Shown: in pieces, positions 11,201 to 18,769 of the stretch
Layout: every line of letters begins with the position of its first letter
Numbering within the stretch: the first letter of the stretch is position 1
Assembly: GCA_001600695.1 (NCBI GenBank)
Contig: BCKQ01000002.1
Span: forward strand, 2,165,857-2,229,856
DNA length: 64,000 bases
From: Ascoidea asiatica JCM 7603
Taxonomy: Eukaryota; Fungi; Ascomycota
Direction of reading: 5' to 3'
Made by a program: the position numbers and the translations under genes
Notes under the pieces: model-generated
Database searches by the model: none
What the model saw: only the letters and a program-made list of their open reading frames with translations
What the model was told of the DNA's origin: nothing

Positions 11201-11684
11201 TTTGATTCTGATTTTGATTTTGTTCATGAATTATAGATTCTTTTAAATTATTTATATTTGAATCATTAAATATTGCAGAATTTGCTAAATCAGTAGTTGA
11301 TTGAACTATAGACATTGCTAAATCATTAAGACTATCATCTAAACTTAAAGTTGAATTTGAATTTGAATTTGAATTTGAATTTAGATTTAGATTTAAATTT
11401 GTATTTGGAGATAAAATTAAATTTAAACCATTTAAATTTATAATTAGATTACCATTACTTAAACCATTTAAATTTAAATTTAAATTTTTAAAATTACCAT
11501 TTCTTAAATAAAACCCAGGTATTTTAAAAGTTTCATTATCTAAATTTATATCATTTAGATTAATTTTATTTAAAGATATTATATCTAAATTTTTTAAATC
11601 AATTTGATTGAAAAGATTAAATTGATCTAAGATGTATATTATTAATCTTTTTTGAATATTTTGTGGAATCCATAATGGAGCCAT
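5226..11684 (-). CDS. ATG2: Autophagy lipid-transfer protein Atg2
   Basis: N-terminal WIPQNIQKRLIIYIL (chorein-N); LYDGYDWKETR, VVDNIPTSTWNKF, LPLKLHVDQDTLDF, KLDYKPKK, RPMIGATEALSK motifs; 2152 aa. Confidence 0.97.
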   Translation of the reverse strand: MAPLWIPQNIQKRLIIYILDQFNLFNQIDLKNLDIISLNKINLNDINLDNETFKIPGFYLRNGNFKNLNLNLNGLSNGNLIINLNGLNLILSPNTNLNLNLNSNSNSNSNSTLSLDDSLNDLAMSIVQSTTDLANSAIFNDSNINNLKESIIHEQNQNQNQNTKQDKKQDKKESFNTNSNTTTNTSSSSFNYLSNNYLSKALKIILSKLNFNCTNISIKLINNNSIQNLSFKIDQLRFNSINNLNKFIINGLKILSLNNSIINNGLLSNSDQNLKNEINDDIDINNDTDNTTSQEEEEEDDDDAADDDDDDNNSETDDFMSTSSILSPLPTKFNNKLNSNSRFKSRSKSNLSNTMFLSTLTNTSDIEDSTMFLSANSDILNNDNSKNNTNQDNNNNKTNNIHDENEKEDNESTLLFYIDEIIIQFEDFYNIKNLNCTINQINLPLTPLPLSLDHILNSLIKISRSLTKKLIYSKKLNYKNLHSSNIINNNNSNMKKSNINIPIDETKKVNDNDDDIDTDTDLNDNNDPNDYLSFFDKLTINEININLKSALLNNGTFSLPNTLRIVLQDLNINKKINTSLIFGGLKKLSILDNENDYLLSFKDENIIDNNNDNNNNLDDIRFQYLKNNNINNNNININNNLNNNLDDTNNNNNEDLTNNEFTILCSKDLNINLDLQNLKLLLNFTNQFQSLIPLFNKIDFSTFFSKDPNLSDLSNLSSTKYNNDNINYSNNIHNNNNNNINNNTNNNNKNNNFNDNYIHNDLTSNRNSRSYLYSQAHKNSNLNKSLSSSYFNNSNFNLKKNQKQVSTLIELQTSLINININLNNKKVKPNSSINSNKTSNIEINNKFINFTVLPISYNSLKGNLSSSKILISIKNKFENDEIISITGLNLLSFLSDREIKCYDSNYKDLILSTSLILNIKNIKLDCNLDKLFTLIEDFKLALLFLVSDLSDDVYHLANKEKSSNHSSTPIKFKSSLSSSRNRSNNKRKVRMSNTVSVHGSRTIKFHINISNIDIFLRNNTSLYNVSNDYINPFSKFGSIDGNVKSLKINLIKDGSAQIVVGDIALNRIFRNEKEFRNKENFIEMANPESKGTPVMILRLRGSVVRTLLNNMKIQYYTSWLSLFTSDQKNQQNPTKDPTSTETKKSSLSTIDLKIKLSDCAIELNPLRLSCKALLLIHKGDSDISIGLETVTKFSLHSISLHLIDDSANLLSYDESKGPRQWALSNKNNGLSKLPTWTQSFRFLSRGYIYIGNISSLSGIAVINEESNILNSNKKISSLIDLKLNIDLLKLELCADSCQTLGSLLMDMKQVINLSMEQKYKYVYKHPIDVFDGIDENAFGESWSTENIVSEPDSVTVSDVDSADDINNLEPLTPLAFVESYYASGSANPDSNGTSDLSDISDAAMNDGRRFVIGDKLNPEISDSGSNISINDSHFDSKNSMSSSSSDKFGNPSPFNLYLNVSRLELYLYDGYDWKETRMTIKRAVRDVEEAVSANQVQSSSGNGSSNSVNLDERRDSRFDTRRDSLGEYGFAKKVNEDGDFDEEYDEDYDNPNEVVGHTIFDSIHISLPVGRDPSHLAQSINRNINMNDNNSVFSNESTITKKSNLTTRSPSRKKTMRKLRLGRSKYHKVSVELDEIELDMTMFANEDPVLPDSSVVFENKQEDEDDSQVLFNLDFRVRDFEVVDNIPTSTWNKFVVYMREAGDRELGVNMIRLLLTCVRPVPYLMATEMIMKARVLPLKLHVDQDTLDFVTRFFGFKDSRFILEIPYDEIIYLQKVIVNSIHVKLDYKPKKIDYAGITSGKTTEFMNFFILEGADITLKKVVLYGVSGFTALGDLLNDLWMPDVKSTQIKGILNGLAPSVMKLGTGMKDLVIIPVNEYKKDGRMIRSLQKGAVTFIKTTTNELLKIGVKVAGGTQTFLENAEEAFGGSGSSSRLPFKDSVETKSKSRRSSRSNRRRNNTTYENMASSLIGRSSLASMETTGGKSRGYRQTLETFAEDEYEDESFQRSESNSSGANKKNNLVYADVFSESDSELDSNSDESGDTSEEHQKTISLYANQPFNSKEGFQLAYDSLGKNFIVAKKAVQNAGNQASNSSGAQQAAFAIAKAAPVILIRPMIGATEALSKALLGVTNELDPEQRLSAEEKYKGFSQRN

Positions 11685-12179
11685 TATTGATTATTGATTA
11701 TTGATTATTGATTATTATTATAGATTGAATTCTAGTTATTTGAAATAGGAGAAACTAATAAAAACCAGATTGAAATAATATTAGAAAATATATTAGTTAT
11801 TTTTTGTTACTCTCAAGACAAACGAATGTCTTTTAAGAGATTGCTGTTACTAGAATATGATTATGATTAAGCAATGAAGAAGAATAATCAATAAGGAAAA
11901 GAAAACAATCGATCAAATATCAATAAGTGTATTTTGATTATAAGAACTACTTTCTATAATAATATCTTTACTATTTGATATAATTTGAGTGTTTATATCT
12001 CTTGATTTGTATCTTGATTTGTATCTTGATTTGTATCTTTTTGATTTGCACAACGATAAATGATCAATGAAGAAGTGATGAGAGAATGCAAGAGTGAATA
12101 TAAACAGGAGAAGATAGCGCTGTGGGCAGATTCAGAAAGAGCGTTGCAGGGAGTTGGAGCTGGAGCTGGCGCTGATAGC

Positions 12180-12236
12180 GATAAGAGAAGGAGAGAGCGG
12201 ATAAGGAATGTTCCGAGGCAGGATATCACAGATAAG
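12180..12236 (+). promoter_or_regulatory. Cluster of three GATAAG motifs upstream of ATG2 (GATA-factor/nitrogen-starvation UAS candidate)
   Basis: GATAAG at 12180-12185, 12200-12205 and 12231-12236 in a GC-richer patch ~500 bp upstream of ATG2. Confidence 0.5.
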
Positions 12237-12695
12237 CTTAGAAAGTAAACCTGAGTAGAAAAATTATGGATTGGCATGGAATTGTGGATTGCGAGCATTG
12301 CTGCTAAAATCTGGCGCCATTTATCCGGGTCTTCTTGGAATTGTTAAACGAGACCACAAAAAGGGCAATTTTTCCTGATTTTGATAATTGTAAACACTGA
12401 ATATTTTATTTTCTTTTGCATTTGTTTACAATAACGATAATTGTAGTTACATTTGAGTTCCCAAAGAAATTATATATTAAATATAAAAGATGTTTAAGAA
12501 TATATAAGTAAGTATATATAAAGAAAAGAGATATTGAAAAATATGGAAGGTTTTTAGAAAAAAGAGAAAAAGTTAGACGTTTTTTTTATGATTTTAATAA
12601 TATATTAATTTTTTTTTTTTTTTTTTAAGGGAAGGAGTTTTTTTTTGATATATTTATGTATCAATAAATGTATTTATACATATATTTGAATATGT

Positions 12696-13931
12696 TTAAC
12701 AAATACCCTCAGGAAATTCTTCATCAACTCTTGGATTACTTTCAACTCTTAAAAGCATTCTACCATGAATTGAAGTATGATGAGGTTTATTGAAAAGTTT
12801 ATAATGTGATCTTTTTCTAACATCACGAAATTTGTTTTTCATTTTTTTCATAATTTTTTTAATTAATTTAATAAGCGTCTTGAAAGTATAACCATCAAGG
12901 CTACTCTTTTTTCTGCAATATGAAACTTTGAAACCAACAGAATGTGATAATGAAGAAGCATCAACTAAATCAGAATCATTATCATTATTTTCATCTCTTT
13001 TAAGAATTGAAGAAAATTTTTCAACTTCACTTTCTTTCATTGAAAATTTATCACCTTTTTTAATTTTATTTTGTTTTTTATTGAAATATCCATAAATTGC
13101 ACTTGTTTCTGGTGTACGAGCTCTAATAATACATTGACTACCTTCTTCAAATAATCCAAATTCTAATTCAATATTTCCCATAAAAATAGAAAATTCCCAT
13201 TTTTTAACTTTTGATTTTTTACCATCTTGAATTTCAATTGAATTAGTTCTTATTTCTTTTGTTGAAATAATACTATTATCTGATCCATATCCAATAATAT
13301 CTGAAGAACTAAGTTTATAATTATCTTCACCTAATCTTAAAAATCTATTATAAACAAGTTCATTAACAAATTCAAAATCACCAAATTTGAGTTTTTTCTT
13401 TTTTTCAATATCAATATCAGAATCATCAAGAGTAGTAATATTTGAATTAAGTTCATTTATAAGAATATCAGTTGAAGAAATAGTAATACCTATAGTTAAA
13501 AGTAAAGAAGCAGTAACAAATAATGAACTTGCAGCAGTTAAAGCAGTTCCCATACTTGTTGCACCACATTGAAATGCTTTTCCTGGTACAATTACCCATC
13601 CTGGATTTGGACCAGTTGTAGAATGAACAAAAGCTTTACTACAACCATCAACCATACCTGCAATATTTATTGCAAGACCACCATAATTTCCCAAAGCTGT
13701 ACCCATTTCTCCAGCAATTACTGCTGCTCCAGCTGGTGAAATTCCATTTTCAATAATTTCATCTAAATCAAGGTCAGAATTAGTATCAGTATCAGTATTT
13801 GTTGAATTAGAGTTAGTTGAATTAAAAGATGAGTTTAAAGTAGGATAATCAGATGGTAATGAAATTGGTAATGATTGAACAGTTAAAAGAACTGTAAGTT
13901 GAGTGATGAAATTCTTAAATGATAATTGCAT
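12696..13931 (-). CDS. Secreted K1-killer-toxin-like preprotoxin (chromosomal KKT-type homologue)
   Basis: Signal peptide; Gly/Ala-rich hydrophobic alpha-like region with C97/C122; gamma-like FSIFMGNIELEFGLFEEG...TP; KR at 311-312; beta-like GFKVSYC...HYKLF...EFPEGIC versus K1 GIKASYC...YYKLY...DFEGC (K1 recalled from memory). Confidence 0.75.
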   Translation of the reverse strand: MQLSFKNFITQLTVLLTVQSLPISLPSDYPTLNSSFNSTNSNSTNTDTDTNSDLDLDEIIENGISPAGAAVIAGEMGTALGNYGGLAINIAGMVDGCSKAFVHSTTGPNPGWVIVPGKAFQCGATSMGTALTAASSLFVTASLLLTIGITISSTDILINELNSNITTLDDSDIDIEKKKKLKFGDFEFVNELVYNRFLRLGEDNYKLSSSDIIGYGSDNSIISTKEIRTNSIEIQDGKKSKVKKWEFSIFMGNIELEFGLFEEGSQCIIRARTPETSAIYGYFNKKQNKIKKGDKFSMKESEVEKFSSILKRDENNDNDSDLVDASSLSHSVGFKVSYCRKKSSLDGYTFKTLIKLIKKIMKKMKNKFRDVRKRSHYKLFNKPHHTSIHGRMLLRVESNPRVDEEFPEGIC

Positions 13932-14910
13932 TTTGAAATAAAATTTAATATTATTATTATATTATTATTATATTATTATTAGATTATTTTTATTATATGA
14001 TTATTATTATTATATGATTAAGTTATATTAATATTAAATGATGAATAGTAAAGTAGAAAAAAAAAAAGAATAATTATAAATTTTCATTGAAAGGAATTAA
14101 TCCTCTACTTATATATTGATTTATGTATTTTAAATCATATTGATAAGTTGATTATATGTTGAATATTATATTTGATGATAATCATTTACATACTTAAGCT
14201 TCTTTCAAAATTATACTATTTTAAAAATATAACAAGGTAATGTATAGCAATTGAAATATTTTATTTTGTTTTTATCACATATTCCACCGATTTTGTTTCA
14301 TATTGCATATATTTTATATTATACTAAATTAGATCTTTTCTATTTTATATTGTATTATTTGTATTACATGTATTCTATTTTATAATATTCATTATCTCTT
14401 GTTTGCTTATTTATTACGCTTTATCATCTCAAGTCTCAAATTGCATTTTGAATTAAAGGGTCCTCACCTTGAGTACCACAACCACGGTTTTAATTTTTTT
14501 AAAAAAGATTGCATTCACGTGTCTGCTTTCTGGTTCCCAAAGAGGCAACTTTAAATATCTTTATTTTCCTTCACCTCTTTGGCTTGTTTACTATTTATGC
14601 TTCGGTTGTTTACTGTTGACTATTGACTATTTTCATTATTTCACTAACTCAGTTCAACTTGAATCAAGTCAAATCAATTCAAGTCAAATCAATAAGAACT
14701 AAAACTGGAACAAAAAGTGAAACTAAAACCAAAGAAATTTCATCAAGTCTCATGGCTTTAATTGATAAACGAAAAGAAAACAACTCTGATTTTGTCTCGA
14801 GTGAAAATTTTGAATTGAACAGTTTGTTATTAAACAAATTTTAACTGATAATTATAAAAGTATTTCAAAACTAGTGTATAAATACAATTTAATTTACAAC
14901 TACTTTAAAA

Positions 14911-15597
14911 ATGATTCAGATTCCAATTGATTTATCTCCAAAACAAATTCAAAATAGAAAAAAAAGATCATCAAAACATTTAATAAAATCTCCATCGAGG
15001 GATTTTTTAAAAATATTTTCTAAAATGAATTCAAAATCGTTAAAAACTTCTTCCATTGACAATAATGATAATGAAGATGAGTCGAGTGATAAATCATTAC
15101 ATGATTCATCAAATGATTCAATAAGTAATCTAATCAATGAAGGAATCGATGAAATAATTGAGATAATAAATTCTTTTCAAAATTTGATTAAATCATCTTT
15201 TATTAAAAAAATAAATCAAAATTTTATAATTTTTTTATTCATTTATTTAAGTTTATTTTTTTTAACATATTTTATAATATTTAAAAGTTTAAAAATTTTA
15301 ATCTTAGCATCTTTATCAATTTTAACATTTAATTATTTATTAAATAATAATAAGAATAGTAATAGCAATAGTAATAGAAATAGAAATAAAAATAAAAATA
15401 AAAGAAAAAAAATTATATCATTTTTAATATTTTTAATATTTTTGATTTTATTGATTTATTCAATTTATAACTACAATATCAGTGATAATTATGATAATAA
15501 TAGTATTAGTAAAAAATTTGGTTTAAGATATAAATATAAATATAAAAATTGGTCTTTAATTAAAATTAATAATTCTTTAATTAATTTTGATTTTTAA
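14911..15597 (+). CDS. Hypothetical membrane protein (2-3 TM segments), divergent from the toxin-like gene
   Basis: 228-aa ATG ORF with AAAAATG context; hydrophobic stretches FIIFLFIYLSLFFLTYFIIF, ILILASLSILTF, IISFLIFLIFLILLIYSIY; no family recognised. Confidence 0.5.
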   Translation: MIQIPIDLSPKQIQNRKKRSSKHLIKSPSRDFLKIFSKMNSKSLKTSSIDNNDNEDESSDKSLHDSSNDSISNLINEGIDEIIEIINSFQNLIKSSFIKKINQNFIIFLFIYLSLFFLTYFIIFKSLKILILASLSILTFNYLLNNNKNSNSNSNRNRNKNKNKRKKIISFLIFLIFLILLIYSIYNYNISDNYDNNSISKKFGLRYKYKYKNWSLIKINNSLINFDF

Positions 15598-15897
15598 TAT
15601 ATAAAATATGATATATAAAAAATAATATAATAGAAACTTTGATAAAAAGATTATTATAAAAAAAAAAAAAACTAATAACAAAATAATAATAAGTTTATAT
15701 TATTTGAACAAAAACAGATAAAAAAATCTAATCAAAAAAGTAACAAAAGGTAACAAAATTTTAGATGATAAAAATGATTGACAGTAATTGAAAGTGAGAA
15801 TGATTGAAATTGAAAGGATTGATTAATTGATTATATAAATGATTAAGGGATTGATTGAATGAATGAATTTGTTGTTGATTGAATGAGAATAGAAGTG

Positions 15898-17340
15898 TTA
15901 AACATTTATCATTAAACCAGTTTTATTTTTATTTTTATTTTTAGATAATTTTATAGTTCTTTCATTAATTATAAAATTATTTGAACAATCATTTATATTA
16001 TTTATATTATTTAAATTATTAAAATCATTAATTGAATTTGATTTTTTAATATTTGAATTACTTAAATTTAAAATTGAATAATTTGAATTAATTAAATTTA
16101 AATTTGTTTTAAATTTTAAATTAATTTTTTTATTTAAATTATTTTCAAATTTTAAATCATTTATATAATTTTTATAATAATTTATAATTAAATTATTATT
16201 ATTATTAATTTTATTTAAATTAATTAAATTTTTATTTTTTTTATTAATTTCAATAATAAAATTTTTAATTTTTAATTTTTCTGAATTTAAATCATTTTTT
16301 AATTTTATAATTTCTTTATTTTTATTTTTAATTTCAATTTCTTTTTCAATATTAATATTTTTGTTATTGTTAATGTTATTATTATAAGTTTGAGTTCCAA
16401 CAGAAATTGTTAATGGAGATTTAATTAAATTAGTTTGAGTGATTGAATTAATCATTTTTTTATTAATATTTATTGTTTGAATATTTGAATCAATCATTTT
16501 ATGTTTATGATTATTTTTAATAACTTTTAACAGAGTTGTTTGAGAAGAAGAATCAATCATTGAAGAAGAATTTGAATTAGATTTATATAAGTTTTTATTT
16601 AAACTTTGTTTATTATTATTTAATAAATGTATATCAGTTTGAGTCAGAGAATTTGTTAAATTTGTTAAATTAGTTAAATTAGTTAAATTTGATAAATTTG
16701 TTGAAGTTTCTGAGATTGTACTAAATGGAGATGAAGAATTATTTGATAAATTACTTAAAGAATTATTTGAAGAATTACTTGATAAAGAATTTGATCTTTT
16801 AATATTATCATTATTATTTGGTAAACAAATTGTACGTCTTGATAAATCATTTGATAAGGAAATATTATTAATATTATTATTATTGTTATTGTTGTTGTTA
16901 TTATTATTATTATTAATTGATAAATTATTAATTTCTTGATTATAAGAAAATTCTAATAATTTTAATTTATTTAATAAATCAATATTTTGATCTTTTAAAG
17001 ATTTATTTAAATTTTTTAAATCTTCAATTTTATCATAAGCTAAAGCAGCTTTTTCACTTAATAAAATTATTTGATCTTGTAAAATATTTGTTCTTTCTTG
17101 TTCACCAGTTAAATTATTTGAAACAGAAACATTACCAATTTTTAAATCAATAATTTTTTTTGAATTATAAGAATTATTTGATAATGAAGTTAAATTTGTT
17201 AAATTTGTAATATTTGATAAATTTGAATTATCTCTTAAATGATTATTTGAAGATGGATGTAAAGGTTGAATTGGAGAGAAATCTAAATCAATTGGAGAAA
17301 AATCCAGACTAGTGAAGCTTAAATTATTTATATTATTTAA

Positions 17341-17375
<35 letters not shown>

Positions 17376-17550
17376 GATTGATGATGTTGTTATTGTTATT
17401 TATACTATTATTCATATTATTTATTTTATTCATTTTTTCTATAGTATCTTGGGCGGATTGAAAATTTGTTACATTGTTTTTATTAGAATTATTGCTGTTG
17501 TTATTGTTATTGTTGTGATTATTGTTTGAGAAACTAGAGAAGAACCCCAT
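15898..17550 (-). CDS. Low-complexity coiled-coil protein with five QT (dynein light chain-type) motifs and a possible N-myristoylation start
   Basis: 550-aa ORF; MGFFSS fits MGxxxS; coiled coil LQDQIILLSEKAALAYDKIEDLK; NSLTQT, DSSSQT, DSNIQT, NSITQT, SVGTQT. Confidence 0.65.
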
Positions 17551-17564
17551 TTTGAAAGACTAGA

Positions 17565-17619
17565 TGAATAACTATAAGATTGAATAACTATAAGATTGAA
17601 TAACTATAAGATTGAATAA
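17565..17619. repeat. 16-bp tandem repeat (TGAATAACTATAAGAT) x3.4 in the 5' leader of the 550-aa ORF
   Basis: Three perfect units plus a partial unit read directly. Confidence 0.9.
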
Positions 17620-18769
17620 AAGGTTAAGTAGGTAGATTAAATGGATTAAATAAAGTGCATATATTAAAGGAGTGTGAGATTATTAAAAAAAGAGTGGATA
17701 AAGATTTGATAATCTTTAAAGATTATTATTTATAAAGAAATAATAATTGCAATGCCTTTCTGATTGGAGTATTATTGATTATTGATTATTGATATATGAT
17801 TGATATATTATATATATATATATATATAAGGATATATATTTTATATATATTGGAATGCTACTATTATATTAGTATATTTGTATATTTGTATATTTGTATA
17901 TTTGTATTAGTTACAGTAGTAACAAAGGAGTAAAAGAAGAACCAAAGAACAAAAGAGGAAAAGAAATAAAGAAATAAAAAGCAAGAAGCAAAGCGAGAAG
18001 TGAAGAGGCTGAGATCAATAACAAAAGAGCAGGAAGTTGAGAGAAGCGAGTGCTGCTGTGCTGCTGGAGATGACAAAGAAGAAAGAGAAGAAGAAGAAGA
18101 AGAAGAGAAGAGAAGAAGAGCACCAAAAGAGGGCAAAAACAACTGCCAGCTGCTACAGATCTGGAGTCGTGTTGGTCGTGTTGGGGGACTTAATTACTGC
18201 GACTGAATTACTGCAACGGCAGCAGGTTCATTCCTGCCAACGCGTGCTTCTTCAACGGCCGTTTCTCCCACACGCGTTCCTTTACGACCAGGAAAAACGC
18301 GAAACGACGTGTATAAAACGTGACCGGCACGGTCTACCCCTGTTTGAAAAAAGTCTGTCACGGTCTCACTTCTGTAGCAAGTGCAGGGGTTTTACCTTCT
18401 ATAAATAGACACATGATTTGAAATTTAATTGTGAAAATAAAATTAAAAAAATAAAAACAAATGATAAAATGTCCTTCATCAATTCGAATAAACCGAAAGT
18501 TAAATAAGTCACATGTGCAATTAAAAATACCCCGGATCATGTAAAACACGAAATTTGATTATTATTTCCTCAAATGGATGAAAAACAAACAAATATCAAT
18601 TTATTCAAATATAAACAATAAAAATAAACATTATCATTATCATCTAATCAATTGATGATTAGTAAATAACGATTAGTAAATATACTATTATTGATCCAAA
18701 TAATATTGAATTATTTACTAAAAGATATATATTTTGAATATATTTATTAATATTTATCAAATAATTAAT

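Noticed and set aside
12839-12859. KKIMKKM shared by the toxin-like beta region and small protein B (~31753-31773)
   Set aside because: Seven residues encoded by A/T-rich codons in an AT-rich genome, absent from copies A and C, no flanking similarity; most likely chance.
14752-14910. Possible first exon and intron for the 228-aa ORF (GTTTGT at 14822)
   Set aside because: No available AG acceptor gives an open in-frame join, and there is no TACTAAC-like branch point.
17565-17619. CRISPR-like or telomeric interpretation of short tandem repeats (also ~12000-12040 and ~54353-54400)
   Set aside because: Head-to-tail units without spacers in a eukaryotic genome prone to slippage.
17864-18549. Several overlapping short ORFs between the two divergent low-complexity genes
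   Set aside because: Mostly non-ATG starts arising from GAA repeats and a GC-rich divergent promoter; no protein features.
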